Part shown: piece by piece, positions 27,107 to 41,104 of the stretch
Layout of the letters: each line of letters starts with the position of its first letter
Numbering within the stretch: the first letter of the stretch is position 1
From: Podarcis pityusensis
Taxonomy: Eukaryota
Length of the DNA: 64,000 nucleotides
NCBI GenBank assembly: GCA_964106645.2
Contig: OZ067039.1
Strand: one strand, 5' to 3'
The notes under the pieces: generated by a model
Told to the model about the DNA's origin: nothing
Database searches by the model: none
What the model saw: only the letters and a program-made list of their open reading frames with translations
Made by a program: the position numbers and the translations under genes

Positions 27107-29719
27107 GAATGACGCATCTAATTTGCCATACCTGTAAGATGCGTACTTTTACCATATGAAAAATGTACACAGGCCGGCTTGGCTATCCCACCACCCACCA
27201 CCCTACTGCCTTTTTGGCTTCTGCTATTTGTTGAGACTGATATAGAATCAAAGCAGTTGCCAAAGAGATCCAGTAACTGCACAGGGTAGAGGAGGAAAGT
27301 GAGAAGGAAAAAAGCACAGCCCTGGCCCTTAAAAAAAAAAAAGGAAGAGAGAGCCATTTAAACTGCTTGTCAGTTGTCAGCTTGACAAGGCCACTTGAAT
27401 ATATTCGGGAGTATTTGCATAAATGCTCACGGTGAGTTCACCATGGCTGCTAGCGCTAATGGTACATAAAGTAATTTAGTCACTTCTCTTAGGCATCCTG
27501 TCAGAGTGATGAGCACCTCCTCTTTGCCTTGTTGCATATTAGATCATTAGATAATAAAGTGTTAGAGCATGCAAGCCGACAGGGTCCCTAGCACTATAAT
27601 TTTGAGGCTACTGCATTATGCCGTGGAGGGGGAGAAAAAGAGACAAACCAATTGTGCAATTGGCTTTAAATTCAAATAAATACAACCTGCAGGCTGGGAA
27701 ATTACTTTGAAGCGAGGCTATTGAGCTTGCTGATAAAACTTTGCACACGTCTACAGTGAAACCTGGCCCCCACTGAACGAAGCAGGATTTCACCTGAACG
27801 TCACTGCTTTGTTATCTGGTGGAAATGCAAGATTTGAGCTATCTTCTCAACATGTGCTGGAGCAGCACTAACATCTTTATTTTACACTAAGGGAACTGTG
27901 AGCTCACTTATTTTGTGCTTCCTACTGCCACCTTGCCTGCTTTTGCAAATCTGATGCACGGCCCATTTCCTTGTTCTTTCCTTGCCTGACAATTTCCTCC
28001 CAGCTTACTTAGGGCTGATACACGTGTCACAGCCCCAACATGGAGAATGCTTCAAAAGAGCCTCCAGGTGACTATAATATTTGTAGTGTGCTCAGCAGCT
28101 GTGGGTTGCTTTCTTAGCCACTAGAAAGCTTGCCACGAGTCATTGGGCCAGGCTGGAGGAGGTAGTCTGTGATATCTGTTGCCTTTGATAACACAGGGCC
28201 AGTACCACCATTCCTTTGCAATGAGGGATGTTGGAGGATTCCAATGAAAACAGAAGCAGGAGTGGAAATTGTCAGTGGTCAGTTATTTGTCCCCTGTTCA
28301 AAATGGAAATCAATCCAGTGAGTTCTATCCATTTATCCTGTTGGCGTTCCTTTCAATCTGCAAATGATACAGAATGGATTACACACACACACCCAAATTT
28401 GAACTACATTTTCTTTGCATTGAAATTAATGGAGTGGAATAACATAGTGACAATGTAATTACCTAATTTACATTATTAATTGCACAAACTACATCGGCTG
28501 CATAATTTGACCACAGCAGACAGCAAGGCAGAAGACGAACTGCAAAGGAACAGAAACAGAGCTGCAAGTGACCAAATACAAGGTGAAATGGAAAACAATG
28601 TCTGCTTATATCTTGCAGCCATTTGAAAATCCAGGGCGCTGCTTGCCTGATAGCACTGGGGTCTACTATGGGGTCATGAGCTACAGATAATTACCCTCGC
28701 TGTGGTTAAAGATGCCACATGGCAAGCTTTTTAGCAGTGATAACCAGCGGTACCAAGCGCCCATTGAAACTGACAGGGGGAAAGGTAGGAAGACCAACAG
28801 GAGGTGAAGCCAGAGCCAGTGACTGGCAGAGCAGCTCTCTGAACTGGTTGTGAGAAAGAAGGCGGGAAGATGAAGGCTGGTTGAAGGCAGACTAAGGCTG
28901 CCTCCACTGTGTTCCTAACTGTCTTAATTCCACCCAGATGTTTATATTCATCTATATACTCTTCTAGTCAGTGCTTAATTTATATAAAAAGAGAGAGTTA
29001 ATCAGGCTCACGTTTTGCTAAGACATTGCAATCTCATCCCCCTAGTTACAGACGACTGAACTGTGGTTATCAGAGATTCAGACCAAGGGGTGAGATAGTG
29101 GCTACAATGCTGACACCAGCGAAGAGGTTGCAGCTCATTCTTTTCCAGAATTCCTCTGAAGTGTCGCATCATTTTACTGCTGAGGTCCCTCTAGTTCAGG
29201 AAAAGATAAGCCATGATCACGCCTATACTATGTAGTAGTCTATAGCATGTCAGAAGATACGCACACATTTTACGACTGTCAAAACGCAGCCCATGGTGGT
29301 TTTACAACCTCGTTCGCTGCCTTGGCTGTTTGAAGTCAACCTCAGCAATGAGGAAATTAAATTCTGCCTGAACAGATTACGAAGTGAGGATACCCACAGA
29401 AGAATTTCTGGGAGCTGTGAATAGAGCAGCCTAGAGGGATACAGTCAAAGGACAAACTGCATTCTAGCAAGTAATCACTGTAGGTAATAACTGCTTTGGT
29501 GCATAGTTGTCAAAATATTACTCAAAGGAGGTAATAGCACCAGGCTAACAAAGCAACTCCTAACACCACTTCACAGTGCAGCCTTAATATAAAACTGTCA
29601 AATACAAGAGTGGTGGTGCAGCATAAGTGCATTTAAAAAGTTGTTTTATGCATTTTAACTTATCTCATTAATAAGATTTTACTGTAAACTGGCATATAAT
29701 TTTCATAGATAGATTAATA

Positions 29720-29722
<3 letters not shown>

Positions 29723-29754
<32 letters not shown>
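29723..29754. repeat. (TG)n microsatellite
   Basis: Direct sequence. Confidence 0.95.
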
Positions 29755-29759
<5 letters not shown>

Positions 29760-30569
29760 CAGGAAAAGAATCCACCCCTCCCCAGAAAGCAAAAAGATCA
29801 CTCTAGTTAAACTCATATACTTATGGAATTTATTTACAACTGATATGATCTCTTTCACCCTTAAAGAAAAAAAAGTACTACAGTGACTTGTTAATATGGC
29901 ATACAAAACTTCAGTGGCAGGCCTAAGTCTCTACACATTTCACATCCACCTCTGTTGGGGCTGGGTGGGTAGGGTGCTAAAGACATTATTTCATCTGGCA
30001 AATTCTGCATCGTAACCACTTTCCTTCAAATGTCTTTCGGTCTGGGTTTTTTTTGGGGTTTTTTGGTGGGGGGGTTTCCTTATAAAGCTACAACCCTGGA
30101 GGTCAATATTGATTTTGGGTACATTGGTTTCTCTGTAAACATCTTAATGTATCTAAATAAGCTTTGAAATAATCAAGCAGAATTTCTTCCTCTCTCTAAA
30201 AAAAGAAGAAAAAAACCTATTAACTGAGTAAACCATAATAACAATGGCAAGCCACTGATTACTGTGGTTTACCCTGCTTGTACCACACAATGCTGCTTAG
30301 CCTTTGCCAGCTATTACTTTTTAAATATAGAAACATTTAGTTGAGTAACGTATTTATTTATTTATTTATGTTTTATCAAGAACTTGGTGGATGTAAAAGC
30401 ATGATTTTGATTACACTGAGATAAACCACTGAGAGTAACTTTCCTTTTTACTGACTGACAAGTGGACTATAAATGGAAAAAAGGCTGGATAACCCCAAAG
30501 CATACCAGATTTCTGACACATGAAATCGTTGGAACCAAACTGGGAGGGCAAAAAGAGTCCTTTAGGACA

Positions 30570-30693
30570 GCTTTGGGTCTTCAGATGTTGTTGGACTACA
30601 ACTCCAATCATCCCTGACTACTGGTCCTGTTAGCTAGGGATTATGGAAGTTGCAGTCCAACAATATCTTGGAACCAAAGGTTGAGAAAGGCTG
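30570..30693. mobile_element. hAT-type MITE (family of 13213)
   Basis: ggactacaactcc.atcatccctgac.actggtcctgttagctaggga nearly identical to the 13213 interior; ends ggttgagaaaggctg next to ctctaga. Confidence 0.7.
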
Positions 30694-32130
30694 CTCTAGA
30701 AGGTGACACCTTGTATGATTGGCTCAGTACTATATAGGAAACAGTAACAAAGATAGGCCTAATTGTAAAACATGTCTGCCTACTCTTCAAGCTATGTAAT
30801 AATAATAATAAATGTAATAATAAACTAGTAACACACATTGCACCAGAAACACTCTTCTACACAAGACTATATTTGGAAAGAGATCCACAACATCCTGTGG
30901 TTATGAGAACAGGATTCCCTGTCCTGAATCTTAAATCTGTGGACCATTTCTGGATATTAGATTTTGTTGGTGACCTCTCATCATCCATGACCATTGGCCA
31001 TGCTGGCTGCAGCTAATGGGGCTAACAACATATGGAGAGACAAAGGCTTCCCAATGCTGGCATAAAGGCTCTGGGTGAATGGCCAGAGGGGCTGCCACCA
31101 CCCTCCACAACATCTGGTGTCCAGGGCAGCCAGCTCACTTTGCTTAATTGTTGAGCCAGCTCTGAAGTGAGCTACTTCTCCAGCACAATGGTCTCTTAAA
31201 AAGGTGAGCATTCCCCAATGACTTCCAAACTGTTTCAAATAAGTAAATGGGAAACATTTGGAGAGTGGCTCTAGAAACATTAATTCCAGTTTTAGAAGAT
31301 AATAGTAGAACTACAGAATTTGGTGTTGACTGTCATGAGCTGAACTGTCAAGAAAACTGCTATAATAAAGTACGATTTCCTTTGCTTTCCCCAAAACATT
31401 ACCTCATCTCATGGGGTGGAAGTATGGGAAATATTTAGAGCAGATAGTTGTGCTCTAAGTGTGAGAACAGGAATATTTCCAAGCTTGAAGGAATCTAGCG
31501 CTGTCTTAGTAACTGGCAGGTATTCATGTGGCCTCCTTGTAGGGGGAAAATATCTCCTTAAAAAATAAAAAAGCAGGCTTTGAAGGACTATGGTTTATGT
31601 TAGGACACTTCAAGGATGAATGAATAAATATCCTTTGTATAGCTTTGCGTCTTGCTAATTAATAAAATAACAGTTTGCACATTCCAAAGTAAAATCAGGC
31701 AAAAATTATGACAGTGGTTTGTTTATTAAATTAGGTTGTTGGCAGGGATGGAAAAAATCTATAGTATGAGTTATAGCCTAAAAAGTTAAAGCTAAATAAA
31801 TACAGATGTAAGTTATGTTTACATAATAAGAAACACTGCAGAGCTAAGAATTTTAGGTTAGAAAGTGCAAACTTGTGGACCTGATTCATTATGCATTTTC
31901 TGCATAACTACATTTACTCACGTAAGTTGTTCCAGTAATTCTGAATGTATGCAAAGGAAAATGGTAGGGTGTGATGATATCACACTCAAATATTGAGGTG
32001 AGAGAATTTCTGTTGAGTATTGATTTATCTAATGATGGGAAAACACATTTTCACTCTGCAGCTTTTTCCATGGTATTTAGCTTCCTTGACCGTCCATGAA
32101 AACTGGATTAGATATAAGGCATGAGAAGAC

Positions 32131-32132
<2 letters not shown>

Positions 32133-32162
<30 letters not shown>
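32133..32162. repeat. (CA)n microsatellite
   Basis: Direct sequence. Confidence 0.95.
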
Positions 32163-32166
<4 letters not shown>

Positions 32167-32832
32167 CTGAATGGGAATTGTGAGGAATCAGCCCCCTAGA
32201 CACATACCAAAATCTGGCTGAACCTTCCCCTGTGGCTTCACTAACACCACAATCCTATGCACGTTTTGTCAGAATGAAGCCAACTATATACAGTGGGGTT
32301 TACTCCAAGGCAGGTGTACACAGAATCACAGCCTACCTATGTGAAGTTAGGAATGAGATAGTGAAGTAAGCCACACACAAGTAGGCAGATTCCGATATAC
32401 CTTGTTTGTGCCCACTACCAGCTCTTATAATTACAGTTTACACACTTTGTTTTATGACTAAGGTGGCAACAACTCACAATGATTAATTAATTTGCAATGA
32501 TTAATATATATAGCAGGGATGGGGATGTTGAAGCACGTCCAGATGTTGACATGCTGCAACACCTGGAGGACCACAGTTTCCCCAGGCATCATACATTGTA
32601 TAGTTGCTTTTAGTTTTTCGGTTCTAACTATTTTTAAATGATTGGTTTTTTTCATTGCTTATTTTATTTATTCTCAGCAGCCCAGGGAAGTTAGTTAACT
32701 ACCAGCAACAGACATCCCTAGACCTTCAGTGACTGGAAGAACAACTTGCTCCCATAAGAGACTGCATGTCTCATCATTTGAGCCTCTTGCTAGCATCCCA
32801 CTTCTGTCAGGGACTAGGGCTTTTGTTTTGTT

Positions 32833-32836
<4 letters not shown>

Positions 32837-32863
<27 letters not shown>
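32837..32863. repeat. (TG)n microsatellite
   Basis: Direct sequence. Confidence 0.95.
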
Positions 32864-32867
<4 letters not shown>

Positions 32868-34477
32868 AAAAAAAAGGTTTATTATATATTTCAAAATGAA
32901 ATAAAAAATCAAGAACAGTTGCAAACAACTTGACTGCATTTGCGTTATTCATCCATACGAGCATTCAGGATATTATGAATGAAAGGAAAATACATTGTCA
33001 CGCCATACATACAAATAGCATACAAGAATATACTCTAATCAAGGAGCTTTCTCCAAAGACCACCATGAGAATCCTTGCCTGCTGCTCCTGTCTCATGTAA
33101 GATATAAACAGTTGCCGTGCCATGTTAAAAATCGAGGGGCTTGTCCTTCCTTTAGCCATGTAGATTTGGCATGTTAGCTTTTCTGCCAGTGCCACTGACC
33201 AAACCCAAACGTTTCAATTGTTAGGCCTTTAGCCATTTGTAGCATCTGGCATCTTCCAGGTGAGCCACTACAAGCAAAGACTAGATTCGAGGTCACTATG
33301 GACAGGTGGCCCAAGGCTATGGATTGGCTTCCCAGTAAAGAACATCTGCCACACACACCCATGTCTTTTTCAAGGGACAGGTATAACATTTCTGTTTCAG
33401 GGCTCTTGAGGTGTGCAGGTGATGAGTACTTTATGTTTATTGACTTATGTGGTTTTGACACGCTGGTAAGAATTTATTGGCCATGTTTTGCATTTTTTTA
33501 AGGTCTTGCCTTATGGATTGTTAGCTATGTTGGTTTCCTTTTAAGGAAGAATGACAGGACAGATGTGTTTCAAATAAATAAATAAAATTTTATTTTCTCA
33601 TTTTATAGATGCCAGAATCAGGGTGATAAATGGTCATTTGACCAAGGCTATGATGAAAGTCTGAATTTTTAGATTCAGTTTTAAATGAATATCCAGGTAG
33701 CTACAAGAAAGTACTCTATGTCCTAATCTGGCTCTCAGTTATAGGAGGGATGTGTAGATATAGTAACATATGATTTTGTTCTGAAGATTGGTTTACTGAA
33801 ACCGGACCTTGGCTCTTTTTTGAGTCTGGCAACATAATCCTCAAACAAATCAAGTGAGGGCTTCTGTGGGTGTCTGGAAACAACCTAAGACTCTGTCCAT
33901 GGGACAAAGAGGAGAAAACTACCCCATCTCTTAATCTTGCCCTAAATCACAGTATGTAAAATATAACGCAAGGAAACCAATTTTGGATTATGCTCCAATT
34001 TTTTATTTTAAAAAAGCAGACCATTTTGTTCAGTTCTGCTTCTTGAAACACAAGACCCGATTCATACAACCATGTGACCATTGTAACTGTCATGTGATAG
34101 CTACAATGTGCCACAGTAAGCGAATCAGTTATTTAAGAATTTGCAAAGAGTGCACCGGTCTCCCATGTGCCTCACAGCTGGGAAACTCCAAGAGCCTAAA
34201 GAGCTTCCTCTGCATCAAAGAAGAGAATTGGGCTTTCTTGGGCATATAGAACACTCTGTGCACAATTTAATTCTCTACATATCCTGCCCATGGCCTTTTC
34301 AAACGCACTAACAATATCCATACATTTGATGGGAAGAGCTTGCCCACAGTAAGCATTTGAGCCAAAACTCACTGCATGAACTGATTTTGCTGGAATTACC
34401 CAAATGCTTAAAAACTATGCACCAGTATTGAGCAAAGTATTCCTTGGGGAAAAAGAGAGAAGACACTGACCCTCTCA

Positions 34478-34771
<294 letters not shown>

Positions 34772-35420
34772 TTAAAATGAGATGAGCGCAGAGTATAATA
34801 AACCCAGAATCTTAAATAACAGCTGGGAGCTGCAGAAAATTGCACAGCTATTTCACATAATAACTAGTGCTTAGACTGTACGACTCTAACAAGAGGTGCT
34901 ATTGATGAGTGGGTCTTTGGCATCATAGGCTTTTGATGTCGCTTTAAGTCAAATTGCACAGCTTGTAGCTGTATGGCGAAACGTACACTGTTAACCATCA
35001 TTCTAACAAGAGCACTTTATTAACTTTTTTTTTTTTAAAGAGCTGACTGAATTTTACCCCACACCATTCTTCAGCATATATGCCAGAAGAGATAAAGCTG
35101 CTGTCATTGCAAATGAAAATGTATTTTAAAAAAGAAAAGCAAGTGTGGTCTGCAAAAGTTGGGATGAGAGCAACTGTATTCATTATGCTGTTACATTTGT
35201 AGCTGCCAGGGGTGTTTGCGCTCCAAAATTCTCCGGAACAGGGTATGTGTGTCAAAGGCATTTCAGAGCTGAAATGAATAGTGCTTTTCAAATCCAAGTA
35301 GACCTTTTCCTTAGCAAATAATCAAGTTTGAATTCACACACTTGGCAAACTTTGACTTGTCTCAATTCACTTAAACAACTAAAAATGGAGATACCATGTT
35401 GCTGTAATGTGCAGGGCACT

Positions 35421-35795
35421 TAGAATCATAGAATCATAGAATCATAGAGTTGGAAGAGACCACAAGGGCCATCGAGTCCAACCCCCTGCCAAGCAGGAAA
35501 CACCATCAGAGCACTCCTGACATATGGTTGTCAAGCCTCTGCTTAAAGACCTCCAAAGAAGGAGACTCCACCACACTCCTTGGCAGCAAATTCCACTGTC
35601 GAACAGCTCTTACTGTCAGGAAGTTCTTCCTAATGTTTAGGTGGAATCTTCTTTCTTGTAGTTTGGATCCATTGCTCCGTGTCCGCTTCTCTGGAGCAGC
35701 AGAAAACAACCTTTCTCCCTCCTCTATGTGACATCCTTTTATATATTTGAACATGGCTATCATATCACCCCTTAACCTCCTCTTCTCCAGGCTAA
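35421..35795 (-). mobile_element. CR1 LINE 3' end
   Basis: Encodes SLEKRRLRGDMIAMFKYIKG...RTRSNGSKL...FLTVRAVRQWNLLPRSVVESPSLEVFKQRLD (CR1 ORF2 C-terminus); (ATTCTATG)n octamer tail. Confidence 0.93.
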
Positions 35796-37724
35796 CTATT
35801 AAGTCACAGATTCTAGTGAATTCAAAAGGATGGCTTGCAAGCACACAGCTGCTCAACTGACATACTTCTCAACAAATTTAAAACACGTTTCCAGTTTTCA
35901 TCAGAACCCATTAAACAACATAAGTAAGTGAGATTCTTTATGGAGACTCATTATGAAGGTTCAGTCTCCTATCAAAATGACCTCAGCTTACCCAATAAGA
36001 AGTTCAGATAAAGAATGCTACGTTCTAATGAGATGACTACTGCTGCAAGGGATTGCTGAGATTTTGGTTATTGATGATGACAAAGTTTGTTGCCCGGGAT
36101 GCCCATTTCTATCCTTGGTTGTACCTGAGCTCAGGCGACATCTTGTATAATAAGGTAAAACTTGACCATTTTGCCTTTGCTGAAACCTAAAAGTACGGAG
36201 AAGCCTCGTGGTCAGCCCCAGGATGTGCTAGCATTAGGATCTGAAGGACAGCATGGTGTCCTTCAATATGAGAGCGCCTCTTCTTTGATAATGATACACT
36301 GCACATCAGCAGCAGCTCCAGGATTAATTTCTTGAGCTTGGTTGCCCTGATCACCTCTTAGCCCATATTAATCACCCATACAAACAAAATGGCAACGTCC
36401 CTCTCTCCGCTACCGCCTACCAAGTATTCTACCCAAGAACATGTGCTGCCTTCCAGAACTTTGGCTAAAACAATAAGAAGAAATGACCTACACTTCTCCT
36501 TATATTAAACAAGGAAGGGGGATTAAAAATTGAAACCCACTGAGATATGTTTATTCATGCGACCTCTTACAACCAAATATAATAATTGTCTGTTAATTGC
36601 AGTTTCAGCTCCCACCTCATGCTTCAACATGTGAAACAGCAATCAGCCGGCTCCTGTTTAATCCACCTATTATGTTGACTAATTAACTTTGCTCGACAGT
36701 TTATTTCTTCCTCCATTATCAGGCCCTGTCAGCCGCAAGCACACTGCCGCAAAGGGGGACCTCGGCCCCTTTGATTGATCACCGATAGATTGACATGCAG
36801 ATTAATTTAATTAGAATCACCTCACTTGAGAAATGAAAGACAATGGCAAGGGGGCTAATAGATCTGCTCTTATAATGAGGCAACCCTCCAGAGCCAAGGC
36901 AGAGGATTTCTGATTTATTTTGCTGAATTCCCCAGTCGTTCCAAAAGGCTCTTGCTTTAATTGTTCTTGGTATTGAGAGGCTTTAGCCTCTGAAGAGGTG
37001 AAATGCTTTACAAGGATTGGCAAACATTGCTTCAACTCTCCAAGGAAGCTGCTACCCTCTCAAAGTTGCCTGAGCAGGGAGATTTGCTTGCAAAGAATTG
37101 CCTTACATTGCTTGAACTGGGTAGAAAGGGGAAGGCAATCGAAACAAAACTCTCCAAATAACACTTTATTAACTCTAATAAAATTCTTAAAAACATGTTT
37201 TGTCAGATCTTGACCTACAACATTGCTTAGTCGAGCAGTTCCAGCAAAGCAATCCTTCCCCACCCCCTATCAAACTTAATAAGGCCTTTAAGATTGTGAA
37301 CATAAAATGATTTGTGCCCAAAAACAGTCTGTCAGAATCTTGTTAGCTCATTTCACAGTGTGGTTTGAAAAGGAAAAACCCGTTGGGTTAAAACAGGGTC
37401 AAAATTATTTGACAAGATTTGGAAACTTGAATTCCGAAGGAAAGGCACTAGATACGTGAGAAGGACTTTTGATATTCCTATGTTATATTCCATTTCACTG
37501 TTTAAATCAGTTTCAATCTTCCCTATAACCACAATCCATAGAAACAGTTTTCCAGTGTGAGAAAAGTCTACATGGGCAAGATTACATGCATACTCCAAAA
37601 GGGCATTTGTCCATAACTTGTTTTGCATAACAATAGCTGGTGAACATTTAATGGTGTGTGTATAATACTGAATTGCTTTAATAGGGTAGCTTTAAATGAT
37701 AGCTCCTACATAATGTATCACATG

Positions 37725-38085
37725 CCCATTGTTGGCACCTGTCTGTCTTGGGAAACAATGGAGGAGTGTACCTTTTGGGGGTGAAGTAAAATTGTTTGAA
37801 GGTTACAGTGCTTGCTGTGGCCATAGAGACCAATATGGGAGAGACATGTTTTGTTGCAGCTGGGGCAGATGAAGGCGTCAGGTTGTGCTGCTGCAGAAGT
37901 AGGCACTGCGGTTGCCTACAAGGAATTCCCAAACGGTGGGGTTGATGATACTTGCCTTCATGTCATGTTTGCAGACATCTTTGGTCTGCCAATGGGCTGA
38001 ATGCCTGAAACCAGTTCCCCATAGTGCACATCCTTGGGGATCCTGCCATCTTCCATTCTGTGGACATGACCAAGCCAGCGCAGAC
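37725..38085 (-). mobile_element. RTE-clade LINE 3' fragment, degenerate
   Basis: Frameshifted pieces WLGHVHRMEDGRIPKDVxYGEL, KDVCKHDMKA and C-terminal zinc finger FICPSCNKTCLSHIGLYGHSKHC. Confidence 0.8.
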
Positions 38086-38235
38086 AATGCTGAGACAGGA
38101 ATGCAAACATAGTGGGGATGGGGGCTTGGGAGAGGGCATCTTTGTTTGAAAGAAGTGGTGTCCAACATCTTCCTGACGCAGCACATATGGAAGGTGTGAA
38201 GGCATTGCTCCTAATGGCTGCAAGTTGCCCACAAC

Positions 38236-38835
38236 TGTCATGGACTGGTTGGATGCAGAGGAGTGGGAGGGGGGCACCAGTTGGAGAACCAACAAGGGAA
38301 CCCTCAGCAGAAGGCGGCTCAGAGCTAGGGGACTGGTGGTGGGATGATGATGATGATGAGTGGTCAGAGGGAAGCAGACTGGGATGAGGTGTCGGAAGCT
38401 GAAGAGGTAACAGGGTTTAGTGAGTGGGAAGAGTCTGTAGCATAGAGCAGTCCAGAATCTGAGGCAGAAGCAGAGTGTGGTCAAGAAGCAGAGTGGAGGT
38501 AGGCAGCTGAAAAAGCAGGGAATCTCCCGCTCCTGCTCCAGCTTCCCTTCTGCCCAGTCTCCCAGAACACATAGAGAAATGAAGAGGGTAGAGGAAAGAG
38601 AGACAAGGCGAAGGAGCCTTTGGCTGCTGGGGAAGGAACTGGGGGAGGAGCCTTAAAGAGCAATGGGAAGATGGGCATCTTCAGTCTTTGCAACTGCCTC
38701 AATGGGGCAAGACCTGCTGGGAAGAGCTGCTGTGATCACTAGGCCTGCACCGTTTTAGTTTCTTTGAATAAAGAGTTAACTTCACTGACACTGGATGTTT
38801 TATTGCTGACCTGCCTCTGACTCCGGCTTCTGATA
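38236..38835 (+). mobile_element. Solo LTR (Gypsy-like), ~600 bp
   Basis: Starts TGTCA, ends TGATA (decayed TGACA); AATAAA at ~38767; 5-bp flanks acaac / atgac. Confidence 0.65.
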
Positions 38836-39624
38836 ATGACTCACTTCCATAAAGCAGACGGCTCAGCACATGGCAGTCCTTTCAAACCTTTTCTCCCCAC
38901 CTCTATTCCATGCTTTACAAGTGCAAAAAGGAAGGTAGGGATGGGGGAAATGTGCTATTTCATTTGTTACCAAACAATCCTTATCCCTGACCCTGTTGCT
39001 GGAAGGGGTTAGGATGAGGCAGAGGTGTCCCTCCGGTGGGCTCTGCCAGCAACAGAGCTGCACTACCACAAAGGCTACTGCTGCATGCTCTGAAAGCACA
39101 AGAATAGCGGTTGTAAATCTCCAAAGCAGGGAAACAGAGAGGTGGAGCAGGAGCAGAACAGGGCCAACACTAGATTGGCTGTCTCCAAAGCTGGCCTGTT
39201 TCCCATTGAGGGACCCAATTTGGCCATCTAAACTGCATCAGCCTGGAGCTGGCACAGGAAAAAAGTTACACAACTGCTTTCTCCTAATACTCTAGCCGAC
39301 GTGAGTGGCAGGGCTTCAGATGCAGTGGTGCATCCACTGATTCATTACATCCCAATGGCCTAAATCAGAGCTTCAAATTGCTCTGCCCAGCTCACTTATG
39401 TGCTCATGGAGACTATTTTGAGAACTAACCAAACAGAAATGAAGCGCTTTGCTTCAGAGAGCCCAGTTTCTCATGTAGCAATCCAGTGATCCCTTTTTCC
39501 AATACCAGGAAGAGCGAAGAAGTCACTTTCATTCCCACAGACAGAGGCCAGCAACATTTCCAGCTAGCTGATGCGAGAACAGCAACATGTACATATTGCT
39601 ACGCCACCATAATCCCCACAGCAC

Positions 39625-40201
39625 TGTGAGATTCCGGGGGTTCCAGGCGCTTATCCAGGGTTTGGAAATGAAGCACAGTGGAGACTGTGGTGTCTTTATA
39701 ATATATATAGTTTATTTCCACATATATACAACCTGAGCCTAGGATGGGGGAGCTCTCAAGATTACATTCCAAGAGGGCCCTGTTTCTCACAAGGCTGCCA
39801 CCTTGGATTCAAACTGCCAGCCCACACTGCTGCGACCCTCCCGTTCTGCAGCCTGCAAGCTGCTTGCCAAATGCAACTATTTCTCCTCTTGCTTACATCA
39901 GGCAAACTGCAATCCTGAAACTTTATTAATGGCCTTTGTTCTTCTACCCAACTCGGACCTCAGGGAGGGGCTTCACCCATTTCCCAGCTGGCACACTCTT
40001 AGCTTTGCTGATGGCTTTCTTAATAGGTCTTCACCCTTCACCTTCTGCTCTTCTGATGGCCCATCTCTCCAGGCGATTGCTTCATCAGTGAGCCAGCCTG
40101 GCTTATATTTTAACAAGCTAAATTCAACACCTGGCACTGGGGCTGGGGTTGGGGTTCCATATATTAGAAGGGGAGACCAGGCACCCTAAAATTTTGTAAC
40201 A
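39625..40201 (-). mobile_element. Probable solo LTR
   Basis: TG...CA ends (minus strand TGTTACAAAAT ... AATCTCACA); minus-strand AATAAA near 39712; TSD unclear. Confidence 0.5.
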
Positions 40202-40601
40202 ATACTTTCAATAACAGCTGCCAAGTTAGAACGTGATGCCTAGGAAAGCACTTAGTCAACTTTTCTTTTTTAAAAAATTATAGACGTATCAAGCAGAAAC
40301 ACCAAGAAAAAAATATAACTGTGTACCAGAAAAAGGTCCATAAACTACAACAATTATGCTAGCCGAATATTATTCTCATTATAGGTCAACTTTTTGCATA
40401 TTGAGCTGGAAGTATCCCTTCCTTCCAATACTGAACTATACAGAATCCTATTCCTTCAGACCCCACATCTTTATAGTAGAAGCTCGCATAATGAACTTGT
40501 TGCAAGGACCATGGCAACCAGGAAGTAAGAACTGGCTAGTCACATGCTGTTATGAGGATAGGTAGTGATTTCCTGTCCTAGTGCCTTTAACTTTCTTGAC
40601 A

Positions 40602-40720
40602 CATAGAATCAAAGAACTGTAGAGTTGGAAGGGATCCTGAGGGTCATCTAGTCCAACTCCCTGCAATGTAGGAATCTCAAGTAAAGTATCCATGACAGAT
40701 GCCCATCCAGCCTCTGCTAA
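40602..40720 (-). mobile_element. CR1-type 3' fragment
   Basis: catagaatc...agagttggaagggatcc...tctagtccaactccctgc...ccagcctctgct, similar to the 35421 copy. Confidence 0.7.
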
Positions 40721-40733
40721 AGAGTCAAGCACA

Positions 40734-41104
40734 GGGACGCAGGTGGTGCTGTGGCCTAAACCACTGAGCCTCTTGGGCTTGCTGATCGTAAGGTTGGCAC
40801 TGAATTCCTGTGATGGGGTAAGCTCCCGCTGCTCTGTCCCAGCTCCTGCCAACCCAGCAGTGCGAAAGCATGCCAGTACAAGTAGATAAATAGGTACCGC
40901 TGTGGCAGGAAGGTAAACGGCGTTTCCATGCGCTCTGGCTTCCGTCACAGTGTTCCGTTGCACCAGAAGCAGTTTAGTCATGCAGTCCACATGACCCGGA
41001 AAGCTGTCTGTGGACAAACGCCGGCTCCCTCGGCCTGATGTGAGATGAGCGCTGCACCCCATAGTCGCCTTTGACTGGACTTAACCAAACTTTTACCTTA
41101 CTTT
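40734..41104 (+). mobile_element. Sauria SINE, full length
   Basis: GGGACGCAGGTGGTGCTGTGG head, tRNA-related boxes, tttaccttacttt tail; near-TSD taaagagtcaagc / taaatagtcaagc. Confidence 0.92.
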
